A stretch of 64,000 bases of DNA from a bacterium (GCA_004560305.1 SFVI01000009.1:4026-68025); one strand, 5' to 3'; positions 1 through 11,802 are shown, counted from the stretch's first letter. Translations and numbers: made by a program. Notes: generated by a model from the letters alone, not told the origin.

Positions 1-4
1 TACC

Positions 5-559
5 ATGGGCTGCCTTTGGGGCGTGATGATTTCGGGCTATTTTCTCAAGCTGGCCAATCAATATTCCTGGCCGCTTATGCTGCTGGTGGCCCTGGCTGCC
101 CTGCTTTGTCTGGCTCTGGCCTTTGTTTTGCAGATTATCCTCCATGAGCTGGGTCACCTGCTGTTCGGTCTTTTGTCCGGGTACAGGTTTGTCTCCTTCC
201 GTTTCGGCTTCCGGCTTCTGGCTCAATGCGGTCTGCTGTGCCGCTGCGTGATGTGCCCCCCTGAGCTGGATGAGGATGGGACCTTCCCCCTCTCCCTTTA
301 CAGTCTGGGCGGGATCTTCCTGAATCTTTTTTCCGGGCTGCTCTTCCTCTGGATATATTTTATCAGCGGCGGTATGCTGCTCCTCACGCTGTTCTCCCTC
401 TCTGCCGGTATTCTCGGTCTGGGCCTTGGGCTGATGTTCGCTCTGCCCGTCAAATACAGCGATGGGTATAACGCCCTCTGGCTCAACGACGATGACGCTG
501 CTCTTCACGGCCACTGGCTCCGCCTGCGGGAGGAGGCCGCCGGGGAGAGCGAAGGGTGA
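5..559 (+). CDS. Polytopic membrane zinc-metalloprotease-like protein (HExxH; M50/DUF3267-like); true N-terminus may lie outside the window
   Basis: Multi-TM hydrophobic product with HELGH at residues 47-51 and a later SDGYN (xDG) motif; followed by hairpin plus T-run at 591-631. Confidence 0.6.
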   Translation: MGCLWGVMISGYFLKLANQYSWPLMLLVALAALLCLALAFVLQIILHELGHLLFGLLSGYRFVSFRFGFRLLAQCGLLCRCVMCPPELDEDGTFPLSLYSLGGIFLNLFSGLLFLWIYFISGGMLLLTLFSLSAGILGLGLGLMFALPVKYSDGYNALWLNDDDAALHGHWLRLREEAAGESEG

Positions 560-590
560 AAAGCCTTCTGGAAAAATCTTTGCATTGAAA

Positions 591-631
591 ACACCTCAGC
601 TCCTGTGTATGCTTGGAGCTGAGGTGTTTTT
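591..631 (+). terminator. Intrinsic terminator after the metalloprotease-like gene
   Basis: 13-bp stem acacctcagctcc/ggagctgaggtgt, 11-nt loop, then TTTTT; ends 1 nt before the ATG at 632. Confidence 0.7.
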
Positions 632-880
632 ATGAAACTGAAAGCCATTCTCCGCCGGATGCTGTCCATGTGCCCGGAGGCCTGGTACATATTCCGCCGG
701 GGCCTGCAGCTGTCGGCCTTTCTGATGCTCTGCGCCTTCGCGCTGCTGCTGGAGTGGAACGGCAATATGCTGGAGCGGTATGAGCTGTACATGACCGCCG
801 TTTCTCTGATGGAGATCACACAGGCCACGCTGCTGATCAGCGTGCTGGCCTCGGTGCTGATCGAGGATGTTCAAAGCTGA
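632..880 (+). CDS. Hypothetical small membrane protein (82 aa)
   Basis: ORF with two hydrophobic segments; its only SD-like element (GAGGTG) lies in the 3' arm of the upstream terminator; 3' end overlaps convergent rnmV by 10 nt. Confidence 0.35.
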   Translation: MKLKAILRRMLSMCPEAWYIFRRGLQLSAFLMLCAFALLLEWNGNMLERYELYMTAVSLMEITQATLLISVLASVLIEDVQS

Positions 881-1452
881 AGGGCCAGGAATTCCTCCCG
901 GCTCATGGTGGCGTTGAGCACATCCATCAGCCCGTCAGCGGTAAGGCGTGCCGGTAAATCCAGTTGGGAAAGCAGGGCCTGGCGCCGGGCCCCGCTGCCG
1001 GCCCCGCCGCTGAGACCTTTTTTATACAGGTCCGCCTTGCTGATGCGCCCTTCCTGCCCTCCGCCGCTCTCCCCTTCAAAGGTGGCGCCAGCCCGTTTCA
1101 GGGCCTCCAGAAGCACTTCCGGCCGCATCCCCTCCACGCCCAGTTTTCCCTCTTTGGAGCCTTTGGCCTTTCGCCGCTCCTTGCCGTAAACGTCCGGGAT
1201 GTAGGCGTTTTTGATCAGGCCCGGGTCGATGCAGCCCTTCAGGTGGTTGCGAATCAGAAAGCCTGCGCCGTCGGAATCGGTCATGAGGATGAGCCCCCGG
1301 CTCTCCGCCAGCTTTTTCAGCAGCGTCCGCTTCTCCCGGTCGTTAAAAATGCCGAAGCCGCCGGTTTCGATGATCACCGCGTCCACCACCTGGCTGAGGG
1401 TGTTCTTGTCATAGCGGCCCTCCACCACAATGACCTCTTTAATCCGCTGCAT
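871..1452 (-). CDS. rnmV: Ribonuclease M5 (Toprim domain)
   Basis: N-terminus IKEVIVVEGRYD and MTDSDGAG Toprim acidic motifs typical of RNase M5; overlaps holA stop by 14 nt. Confidence 0.85.
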   Translation of the reverse strand: MQRIKEVIVVEGRYDKNTLSQVVDAVIIETGGFGIFNDREKRTLLKKLAESRGLILMTDSDGAGFLIRNHLKGCIDPGLIKNAYIPDVYGKERRKAKGSKEGKLGVEGMRPEVLLEALKRAGATFEGESGGGQEGRISKADLYKKGLSGGAGSGARRQALLSQLDLPARLTADGLMDVLNATMSREEFLALQL

Positions 1453-2494
1453 ATTCTTCCCCCGCCGCGATCCGCAGCACCACTTCCTTCAGCAGCTCCC
1501 GGGAATCCTGGGCGCTGCTTTTCATTTTATAATCCGCCTGGGCGCAGAGCTCCACCGCCCGGATCAACTGGGGCAGGGTGTAGCCCCTGGCAGCATTGAT
1601 CAGCTTCCTTGCTATATAATCCTGCTTGATGCCGCAGGCATCCATCAGGTATTTGCTGCCCAAGTCCTGCTCTATAGCCAGCCGGGCGGCATAAAGTCTG
1701 CGCATCTGCATCCCCAGCATGGCCAGCATGGCGATGGGCTCGTTGTTCTTATCCGCCAGCAGCTCCGCCAATACAGAGAGGGCGGTGTTGTATTTTTTCT
1801 GGGCGATGTACTCCGTCATATCAAAGATCACCGCCTCGGGGATGTGGTTGGCTACCGCCTCCACATCGGCCACGGTTACCCGCTCCCCCTTGGCATAGGC
1901 CGCCACCTTCTCGATCTCCGGGATCAGGCCGCTCATCAGCTCCCCGCTGATGAAGATAAGCCGCTGGGCAGCGTCCAGCTCGATGCGTTTTCCCGCCGCG
2001 GCGAAACGGCGCACCAGCCAGTCCGTCAGCATGCCCTGGGACTGGTTGGTAAACTTCAGCTCCTTGGCCGCCTGGCGCAGGGCTTTCACGCTTTTCAGCC
2101 GCCCATCCAGCTCATAATCCGCTCCCAGCACGAAAGCCACCACGCAGTAATCCGGCACATCCTGCAGCAGCGCCGCGAAGGTCTCCGCCTCCTTCAGCCT
2201 GTTGATGTCCATATCCCGCAGTTCGATAAAACTGCGCTCGGTCATAAAGGGCAGGGCGTCCATGGCCTGGCGCAGGGCGTCCAGATCCAGCTCCGGCCCA
2301 TCCATCCGCCGGTAGCTGAAGCTGTCGTCCCCTTCCGGCAGGCAGACCTTTTTCAGCTGCACCAGGTACTGTTCCCGCAGGTAGTCCTCCGGCCCCCAGA
2401 GCAGATAGACCCGCTCCGGCCCCTGCTGCTTCAGTTCTCTGACCGCCGCCGCGTAATTCAGTTTTTCCTCGTCTTTTCCGTATTTTTTCGCCAC
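1439..2494 (-). CDS. holA: DNA polymerase III delta subunit
   Basis: 351-aa product with YLLWGPEDYL N-terminal signature; comEC-holA synteny as in Bacillus. Confidence 0.8.
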   Translation of the reverse strand: MAKKYGKDEEKLNYAAAVRELKQQGPERVYLLWGPEDYLREQYLVQLKKVCLPEGDDSFSYRRMDGPELDLDALRQAMDALPFMTERSFIELRDMDINRLKEAETFAALLQDVPDYCVVAFVLGADYELDGRLKSVKALRQAAKELKFTNQSQGMLTDWLVRRFAAAGKRIELDAAQRLIFISGELMSGLIPEIEKVAAYAKGERVTVADVEAVANHIPEAVIFDMTEYIAQKKYNTALSVLAELLADKNNEPIAMLAMLGMQMRRLYAARLAIEQDLGSKYLMDACGIKQDYIARKLINAARGYTLPQLIRAVELCAQADYKMKSSAQDSRELLKEVVLRIAAGEEYAAD

Positions 2495-2503
2495 GATTGT
2501 TTC

Positions 2504-4759
2504 CTACCCGATTCGTATTTCCACCGTACCGTCTTTGTCGGTTCTGTACACATTATAACCGTAAAGGGCCAGCCGTTCAAGAGTTTCCTCCGCCGGATGT
2601 CCATAGCTGTTAAAGCCCACGCTGATCACCGCCGTGTCGCCTCCCAGCTCCGCCAGCAGCTGCGGCAAGCAGGCATCGGCGGAGCCGTGATGTCCCGCCA
2701 CCAGCAGTTCCGTACCGGCCAGCTCCTGTTCCTGTGTCAGCCGCAGCTCCTCCGTCATGGGACTGTCCCCGGTGATCAGAGCCTGATAATCACCCAGCTC
2801 CAGATGGACGGCCATACAGCTCTCATTGTCCCGGCTATTTTCTGCCGGAGCATACAAGCTGGCGGTGATCTTCTCGCCCACACACAGGATGCTGTCGGCG
2901 CTTATATATTTGATCTCCACCCCGTAGCGCCGGGCGCTGTCCTGAATATCAACCGGGAGTTCTTCCGCCATGGCAGGCACAATCAGCTGCCGCAGTTCCA
3001 GCATCTCCATCAGCATGGCTACCCCGTTGCTATGGTCCTGGTGGAGATGGGTCAGCACCAGCGTGTCCACGCTTTTCCTCCCCCGGCTGAGCAGGTAGCG
3101 GCCAGCCAGCTCCCCGGCGTTATCCGGGCTGTTGATGCTGCCGCAGTCGATCAGCACTGTGCTGTCCCCGGCCATGGCAGCGACGCAAAGCCCCTGGCCC
3201 ACATCCAGAACGGCGATGGTCTCCCGCCCCTTGGCATAATCCCAGGCAGTACAGCGCAGAAGCAGGCATAGGCTCAGCACAGTGGCCAGACCGGGCACAC
3301 CGAAGCGCAGCCAGTTTTTCTTGCCGAACAGGCCGCAGAGAATGAACAGCCCGTAGCTGGCTGCCAGCCAGGGCCACAGCCCCCTGGTCTCCGTATACAC
3401 CACTGCCCCCGGCAGGGAGGCGATCACCCTTGCCGCAAGGAGGATGTAGCGGGCAAGCCAGGCGCAGAGCCAGGCCAGGCCCTGACCCAGCAGCGGCAGC
3501 AGCGATGCCAGACAAGTGATCCACCCGCCCATAAAGCAGAGGGACACCGCCCACAGCGCGGCGATGTTGCCCACGACGGACAGCAGCGGGACATAGCCAA
3601 AATACAGCGCTGTCAGCGGCGCCGTGAACACCAGCACACTCAGGGTAGTGGACAGGTTCCCGATCAGATAGCGCAGCAGAAACCGGCGCGCCACCGCCTT
3701 CCACCGTGCGCAGAACCAGCCGTAGATCCGCCCGGAGAAGCAAAGAATCCCCGCCATGGCGGCAAAAGAAAGCTGTAGGCTGACGCTGGCAGCAGCATAG
3801 GGATTATGCAGCAGGATCAGCGCCAGAGCCAGGGAAAGCGAGGTGGGCGGGTCATTCTCCCGCCGCAGCACCGGTGCCATCAGCAGCAGGCTTTGCATCA
3901 CGCCTGCCCGCACCGCCGAGGGCGAGGCCCCGGTCACCAGCACAAAGGCCCACACCAGCCCCATACCGGTCAGGGCGCTTCTGCGCCCGGCGCCAAACAA
4001 AAATTGCATCAGCCCCACCAGAAATACCACATGCATCCCCGATACCGCCACCGTGTGCATCAGTCCTGCCCGGCTCATTGCCAGGGCCAGAGCTTCATCC
4101 TCATAAAGCAGGCTCTTGTCCCCCAGCAGCAAGGCCCGCATGAAGGCAGCGCAGTCCGCCGGAAAGAGGCCGCCGATGCGCTCCGCCAGGAGCCGGTTCA
4201 GCTTCACCGGCAAATAGCGCAAACCTCCTCCCTGTTGGCAAAGGGCGACCGGCTCTATCGCTGTGATTTTGCAATAGATCCCCCGGCTGTAATAGCCGTC
4301 GTAATCCTCTCCGTACAGCTTGTCCGCCATTCGTACCCGTCCGGTGAAACGGACCCGATCCCCAGGAACAAGCTGGGTGCCGGTAAAATCATTGTCGTAT
4401 ACGATGGCCTTCGCCTTGGGCAGCTCCTCCCCCAGAAGCCGCAGCTCCAGCCGGCAATAACTGTCGTATACCGCCGGGTAAGCTGTCACTTCGCCGTATA
4501 TCGTGTAGGTCCCGCCATCACAACTCTCTGCCCTGGCGACGGTTCTGGCGTGATAACACTGGAACTGAACAAGGCCAAGACTGAAAAACACCAGACACAG
4601 GGCGAGTCCCCGCAGCCATTTGCGCCCCGGCAGCATCAGCCCCGCCGCCATCAGCGCTGAAAGCACCGCCGCATACAGCAGCCAGGGCAGGGGCAGCAGG
4701 TAATTGGCGGCAAAGATCGCGGCGGAAAAAGCGATAGCCGCTCTTGCCAGTATTCTCAT
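2504..4759 (-). CDS. comEC: DNA internalization competence protein ComEC/Rec2 (competence domain plus metallo-beta-lactamase domain)
   Basis: Polytopic membrane N-terminal region and C-terminal MBL motif THLHQDHSNG. Start trimmed to MRILARAAI (ATG 4759, GGGGTGGGGG upstream), because the track start at 4834 lies inside the terminator hairpin 4816-4848. Confidence 0.85.
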   Translation of the reverse strand: MRILARAAIAFSAAIFAANYLLPLPWLLYAAVLSALMAAGLMLPGRKWLRGLALCLVFFSLGLVQFQCYHARTVARAESCDGGTYTIYGEVTAYPAVYDSYCRLELRLLGEELPKAKAIVYDNDFTGTQLVPGDRVRFTGRVRMADKLYGEDYDGYYSRGIYCKITAIEPVALCQQGGGLRYLPVKLNRLLAERIGGLFPADCAAFMRALLLGDKSLLYEDEALALAMSRAGLMHTVAVSGMHVVFLVGLMQFLFGAGRRSALTGMGLVWAFVLVTGASPSAVRAGVMQSLLLMAPVLRRENDPPTSLSLALALILLHNPYAAASVSLQLSFAAMAGILCFSGRIYGWFCARWKAVARRFLLRYLIGNLSTTLSVLVFTAPLTALYFGYVPLLSVVGNIAALWAVSLCFMGGWITCLASLLPLLGQGLAWLCAWLARYILLAARVIASLPGAVVYTETRGLWPWLAASYGLFILCGLFGKKNWLRFGVPGLATVLSLCLLLRCTAWDYAKGRETIAVLDVGQGLCVAAMAGDSTVLIDCGSINSPDNAGELAGRYLLSRGRKSVDTLVLTHLHQDHSNGVAMLMEMLELRQLIVPAMAEELPVDIQDSARRYGVEIKYISADSILCVGEKITASLYAPAENSRDNESCMAVHLELGDYQALITGDSPMTEELRLTQEQELAGTELLVAGHHGSADACLPQLLAELGGDTAVISVGFNSYGHPAEETLERLALYGYNVYRTDKDGTVEIRIG

Positions 4760-4815
4760 CCCCCACCCCGTTTCTTTTCCAAAAAGTGCCTGATTTTCCG
4801 AACAATCAGAAGAAA

Positions 4816-4848
4816 GAAGCCGCAAGGGTCCCATGCCCTTGCGGCTTC
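4816..4848 (-). terminator. Intrinsic terminator after the alaS-HIT unit
   Basis: 13-bp stem gaagccgcaaggg/cccttgcggcttc; on the minus strand followed by TTTCTTCT. Confidence 0.65.
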
Positions 4849-4851
4849 TTC

Positions 4852-5199
4852 TCAGATCATTTTCTCGCCCAGCTTCACGCCGCCGAGAATATGGAAGTGC
4901 AGATGCATGACGGTCTGTCCGCCATCGGCGCCGCAGTTGTTGATCACCCGGTAACCGTTTTCCAGGCCTTCCGCTTTGGCGATCTTCGCCACAGCCTCAA
5001 AGCACTTGGCCACATACTGGGAGTTGCTCCCATCCACAGCATCGGTGCAGCAGATGTGCTCCTTGGGCACCACCAGCACGTGTACCGGGGCCTGGGGATT
5101 GATGTCCCGGAAAGCATAGACCCATTCGTCCTCATAGACCTTGGTGCTGGGGATTTCCCCGGCAATGATTTTGCAGAACAGGCAATCCTGATCTCTCAT
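4852..5199 (-). CDS. HIT-family (histidine triad) nucleotide hydrolase
   Basis: C-terminal HLHFHILGG histidine-triad motif; 115 aa. Confidence 0.9.
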   Translation of the reverse strand: MRDQDCLFCKIIAGEIPSTKVYEDEWVYAFRDINPQAPVHVLVVPKEHICCTDAVDGSNSQYVAKCFEAVAKIAKAEGLENGYRVINNCGADGGQTVMHLHFHILGGVKLGEKMI

Positions 5200-5211
5200 G
5201 GGTTTTCCTCC

Positions 5212-7848
<2,637 letters not shown>

Positions 7849-7865
7849 TTTGTCCTCCAATAAAA

Positions 7866-8085
7866 AATATACCTCCGCCCCGATACAGGGGCGAAGGTCG
7901 GATTCGCGGTACCACCCTGATTTGCCGCCACGCGGCATCTCATGCGCCTTTAACGCAGGCTTACGCCCCGGTCTCCCAGGGAGGCTCAGAAGTGGCCGCC
8001 GGGTCGGAAATCACAGGGCCTCGCAGCATACAGCCCCTCTCTGCAGTGTTCCAAACCGGCTCGTTTCGTCACAGCCGAAATTTAC
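7866..8085 (-). promoter_or_regulatory. T-box riboswitch leader of alaS
   Basis: Minus-strand AGGGTGGTACCGCG T-box motif (7905-7918), AGAGA box, and terminator hairpin 7872-7898 (10 bp including G.U) followed by U-run. Candidate Ala specifier GCG/GCC at 7993-7999 (not resolved). Confidence 0.85.
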
Positions 8086-8091
8086 CTTGTA

Positions 8092-8119
8092 ATTCTACCA
8101 CAAGCGCGCCGTTTGTCAA
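8092..8119 (-). promoter_or_regulatory. Sigma-A-type promoter for the alaS leader
   Basis: TTGACA, 16 nt, TAGAAT with TG at the extended -10 position, read on the minus strand. Confidence 0.55.
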
Positions 8120-8123
8120 GCCT

Positions 8124-9365
8124 TCATCGACATTTTCTGACGATGGAAAGCCTTGGGGCGCAGCGGGGCAGGCGCATATGTATCTCCATCATGGGGTGGC
8201 GGGTGTCCTGGATCTCCTCCCCCTCGGCGTTGAACATCTGCTCCGGCGTAAAGCTGACGGGCGCTCCTTCCGGCGTCAGCAGCTCCAGCCGGTCCCCCAG
8301 GCAGAACTTGTTGCGCTGGGTCAAAACAGCGTTGCCCCCTTCATCGCAGCGCTCCACCACTGCGGCCACGTCCGCGTCGGTGGTATAGCTGGCCTGGGAA
8401 TAATGCTCCCCCGGCTGGCCGTAATAGAAGCCTGTGCAGTAAGGCCGGTGACTCACCTTCTCCGTCTCGGCGATCCACAGCGGGTCCAGGCGCTCCCCCT
8501 TGAGAGCGGCGTCAATGGCGTGGCGGTAGGCGTTGGTGACCACGGCGGCGTAATAGGCCGACTTCATCCGCCCCTCGATCTTGAAGCTGGATATCCCCGC
8601 TTCGATCAGCTCCGGGATGTGCTCGATCATTCGCATATCCCGGGAATTCATGATATAGGTGCCCCCGTCCTCCACAATGGGGAAATATTCCCCCGGCCGG
8701 GTCTCCTCCACCAGGCTGTACTTCCAGCGGCAGGGCTGGGCGCACTGACCCCGGTTGGCGTCCCTGCCGGTGAGATAGTTGGACAGCAGGCAGCGCCCGG
8801 AGAAGGACACACACATAGCCCCGTGGACAAAGGCTTCCAGCCGCAGATCCTTGGGGGTGTTGGCCCGGATGGTGCGGATATCCTCCATGGGCGTCTCCCG
8901 GGCCAGCACCACCGTGTCCGCCCCCATATCATAGAGAGCGCAGGCCGTGGCACTGTTGATGACCCCCAGCTGGGTGCTGACATGGAGCCTGGCATGAGGG
9001 GCATAGCGCCTTGCCAGGCCCATGACCCCCAGGTCGGCAATGATCAGCCCGTCCACGCCGAAGCCGTCCAGCGCTTCCAGGAAGCCCGGCAGCCGCTTCA
9101 GCTCATCTTCCCGGGGCAGGGTATTGCAGGTCACATAGACCCGCCTGCCCAGACTGTGGGCCAAGGCCACCGCCTTTTCCATTTCCCCGTTATTAAAATT
9201 TCCGGCGGCAGAGCGCATACCGAATTCGCTGCCCGCCAGGTAGACCGCGTCAGCGCCGTAGGCCAGGGCCATTTCCAGCCGCTCCCAGTCCCCCGCCGGG
9301 GACAGGAGCTCCGGCTCGTTATTCGTAATTCTGTGTTGCGACAAAGTTATTGAACTCCGTTTCAT
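8124..9365 (-). CDS. Peptidase U32 family protein
   Basis: PELLSPAGDW N-terminus and U32 signature EAFVHGAMCVSFSGRCLLS. Start uncertain: ATG 9365, or TTG 9344 with GGAG 9 nt upstream. Overlaps the mltG 3' end. Confidence 0.85.
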   Translation of the reverse strand: MKRSSITLSQHRITNNEPELLSPAGDWERLEMALAYGADAVYLAGSEFGMRSAAGNFNNGEMEKAVALAHSLGRRVYVTCNTLPREDELKRLPGFLEALDGFGVDGLIIADLGVMGLARRYAPHARLHVSTQLGVINSATACALYDMGADTVVLARETPMEDIRTIRANTPKDLRLEAFVHGAMCVSFSGRCLLSNYLTGRDANRGQCAQPCRWKYSLVEETRPGEYFPIVEDGGTYIMNSRDMRMIEHIPELIEAGISSFKIEGRMKSAYYAAVVTNAYRHAIDAALKGERLDPLWIAETEKVSHRPYCTGFYYGQPGEHYSQASYTTDADVAAVVERCDEGGNAVLTQRNKFCLGDRLELLTPEGAPVSFTPEQMFNAEGEEIQDTRHPMMEIHMRLPRCAPRLSIVRKCR

Positions 9366-10671
9366 TGGTAAAGAATCGATGGGACCCGGTATTGGTGTCC
9401 AGAGCGTAGTAGTAATAGCCGGTGCTCTCCGGGTTCAGCGCCGCGTTGATAGAGGCCAGACCCGGGCTGCAGATGGGTGTGGGCGGCAGGCCGATATGCA
9501 TGCGGTTGTTATAAGGCGTGTCGGTCTCCAGCATTTCCGCCGTGGGCGCACCCTCATGGTCCGGGTAGGGATAGAGGATGGCCGCGTCAATGCCGATGGG
9601 CATATTGGCATAGATGCGGTTATAGATGACGGAGGCAATGGTTGCCCGCTCCTCGTCGTTGGCAGCCTCCTTCTCGATCAGGGAGGCCACATTCACCACA
9701 TCCCGAATGCTCATGTTCATATCCGCCGCTTTTTGCAGCATCTCCGCCGTCTGCTTATAGTAGAAGTTCTCCAGCATCTTGTTGATGGCGCTGGAGGCCT
9801 GCATCCCCACATAGAACTCATAGGTATCCGGGAAGAGGAAGCCCTCCAGCCGGGTGGCGTCGCCTTCGGGCAGGTCCTCAAGGAAGCTGTAATTGAACTT
9901 GTCGTTGGCGGCAGACTCCATCAGCTCCTCATAGCTGCAAACGTTCTTTTCCTCCAGGCGCTTGAAGATCTGGTGCATGCTGAAGCCCTCCGGCAGCGTC
10001 ACATCGATGGTCACCGTGGAGGCGGAGCCGGCCCGCATATTCTGGACCAGGGCCCGGTAGTCGAAGGTAGATTTCAGCTCGTACTCCCCCGGGCTCACCT
10101 TCTCGCTGGCGGTAGACACCTTGCAGAACATATTGAACAGCCACTTATACTCGATCAGGCCCGCGTCCTTCAAAGCGTTGGTCACATAGTCCATATCCGC
10201 GTGGGTCACCCGCTTGGTGCCGGTCTTGTTGCCGTTTTCATCAAAGGTATCCACCGTTTCCGACTGGAAGATGGACATGGGCAGCGTCACCACCGCGGTG
10301 AATTCCTTCTTGTTCAGCGCCAGCATATCACTGGCCGCCATCCAGGCCAGGCAGGCCAGCACCACGCTGACGCAGGCGATAAACACGAAGTACATGATCC
10401 CGCCCATACAGCCGGAGCGGTATTCCTGGCTCTGGCGCACCGGGTGATAGTCCCGCTCCGATTCCACGTCGCCGGTGTAATTGTGGGTCTCCTCTCCGGT
10501 CTTGTCGGTGAACAGATCGTCCACCGCCTTTACCGGGGAGCTCTTTCCCCGGCCGGACTTTCTGTCTGCCTTTCCCTGCTTCTCCGGCTGCGCCGGCGCA
10601 GGCTCCTCACTTTTGGTCTGCTGGTCATGGATGCGGAATATTTCATTGATCTTATCGATATCGCCTGACAT
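9319..10671 (-). CDS. mltG: Endolytic murein transglycosylase MltG (YceG-like)
   Basis: N-terminal TM segment and YceG-domain motifs (LIEKEA, ASVIYNRI, PPTPICSPG). Start trimmed to MSGDIDK (ATG 10671) with GGAG 6 nt upstream. Confidence 0.85.
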   Translation of the reverse strand: MSGDIDKINEIFRIHDQQTKSEEPAPAQPEKQGKADRKSGRGKSSPVKAVDDLFTDKTGEETHNYTGDVESERDYHPVRQSQEYRSGCMGGIMYFVFIACVSVVLACLAWMAASDMLALNKKEFTAVVTLPMSIFQSETVDTFDENGNKTGTKRVTHADMDYVTNALKDAGLIEYKWLFNMFCKVSTASEKVSPGEYELKSTFDYRALVQNMRAGSASTVTIDVTLPEGFSMHQIFKRLEEKNVCSYEELMESAANDKFNYSFLEDLPEGDATRLEGFLFPDTYEFYVGMQASSAINKMLENFYYKQTAEMLQKAADMNMSIRDVVNVASLIEKEAANDEERATIASVIYNRIYANMPIGIDAAILYPYPDHEGAPTAEMLETDTPYNNRMHIGLPPTPICSPGLASINAALNPESTGYYYYALDTNTGSHRFFTNETEFNNFVATQNYE

Positions 10672-10905
10672 ACTGGTCTCCATTCTGCCGCCGGAGCATC
10701 GGCAAGGGCGCTTCCCGGCGGCATGGCGAAAGCACCCGGCATGATTCATCTTTTACTTTGCCCGGCAGTAGCACCGGGACCGTTCTGCGCATATGATGGC
10801 ACGAGCGATGGGAATCGCCCCTACACAGGTCAAAGGATGTGCCGCCGCTTTCCGTGCAGGCGGCGGGGAGTTTGAAAAATCAAAGCACGGAGAAAGGGTA
10901 AAACT

Positions 10906-11049
10906 ATGTTCTGCAACGGTTGTAACAGCTCTCTCTGGATCATCATCCTGATCATCATTCTCTTCGGCTGCGGCGGTAACAGCTGGGGCTGCGGCAACAA
11001 CTGCGGCTGCGGCTGCGAGAATAACAACAACTGCGGCTGCGGCTGCTGA
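10906..11049 (+). CDS. Small Cys/Gly/Asn-rich single-pass membrane peptide (47 aa), not in the ORF track
   Basis: ATG..TGA encodes MFCNGCNSSLWIIILIIILFGCGGNSWGCGNNCGCGCENNNNCGCGC. Purine-rich GGAGAAAGGG ends 7 nt upstream; a plus-oriented intrinsic terminator starts 11 nt after the stop. Confidence 0.65.
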   Translation: MFCNGCNSSLWIIILIIILFGCGGNSWGCGNNCGCGCENNNNCGCGC

Positions 11050-11060
11050 GTTCATTTCAC

Positions 11061-11092
11061 ACAGGGGCATCGAAAGATGCTCCTGTTTTTTT
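11061..11092 (+). terminator. Intrinsic terminator of the small peptide gene
   Basis: 11-bp stem acaggggcatc/gatgctcctgt (one G.U), GAAA loop, T6-7 run; no U-run in the minus orientation. Confidence 0.8.
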
Positions 11093-11106
11093 GACGCATC
11101 GGACTT

Positions 11107-11784
11107 CTATTTGTTTCGCAGCTCCCGCAGGATGATATCAAAGATTTCCTGGTTCTTCTCGTCCACATCCCGCTCCACGCCGTCCTTCAGGTAATCGATG
11201 CGTATCCAGCCATAGTAGTCCGCAGCCTTCCTGGCGGTCAGCAGGCAGCGCTGGAGATACTCTACATCCTGCTCATGAATATCCGCCTTGGTGTTGGTAT
11301 TCTGCTGGCGGCGGGCCATGCGGCTGAGGGAGGTCTCTACGTCCACATCCAGATAGATCACCATGTCCGGCTTGGGCAGGCCCATCTTGTTATATTCCAG
11401 GTCATAGAGCCAGGCAAAGAATTCCGGCAGCTCCTCCGCCGGCAGCTTGGAGCCCTGATGCACCGCGTTGGAGGTGGTGTAGCGGTCGGATAGGATCAGG
11501 CCTCCGTTTTCGTAGATTTTCCCCCAGTCCTCCCGGTAGGAGGCGAAACGGTCCACCGCGTAAAAGGTGGAAGCGGCGTAGGGGTTCACATCCCCCGGGT
11601 GGCTGCCGAACTGGCCGGAGAGATACATACGCACCAGGGCGCTGCTGTCCTTGTCATAGCGGGGGAACACAATATGATTATAGTCTATCTTTTGCTTTTC
11701 CATTCTGGCGCAGAGACGGCGGTATTGGGCGGACTTGCCGCTGCCGTCAATGCCCTCCAGCACGATCAGTTTACCCTTGCTCAT
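11107..11784 (-). CDS. tmk: Thymidylate (dTMP) kinase family protein
   Basis: P-loop LEGIDGSGKS and LSDRYTTSNAVHQG (DRY) motifs. Confidence 0.75.
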   Translation of the reverse strand: MSKGKLIVLEGIDGSGKSAQYRRLCARMEKQKIDYNHIVFPRYDKDSSALVRMYLSGQFGSHPGDVNPYAASTFYAVDRFASYREDWGKIYENGGLILSDRYTTSNAVHQGSKLPAEELPEFFAWLYDLEYNKMGLPKPDMVIYLDVDVETSLSRMARRQQNTNTKADIHEQDVEYLQRCLLTARKAADYYGWIRIDYLKDGVERDVDEKNQEIFDIILRELRNK

Positions 11785-11802
11785 ATCTGATAGATTAACT
11801 CC

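Noticed and set aside
7993-7999. Attempt to assign the alaS T-box specifier codon (GCG versus GCC in GCGGCCA)
   Set aside because: Without folding stem I, I cannot decide which triplet sits in the specifier loop. The element is reported as a T-box, with Ala specificity inferred from the downstream gene only.
10753-11070. Minus-strand ORFs of 105 aa (10753-11070) and 66 aa (10830-11030) from the ORF track
   Set aside because: Both are Ala- or Gln/Pro-rich low-complexity translations of the complement of the TGC/GGC/AAC-rich plus-strand peptide gene. They have no SD and no minus-oriented terminator. The plus-strand 47-codon ORF has both an SD-like element and a dedicated terminator.
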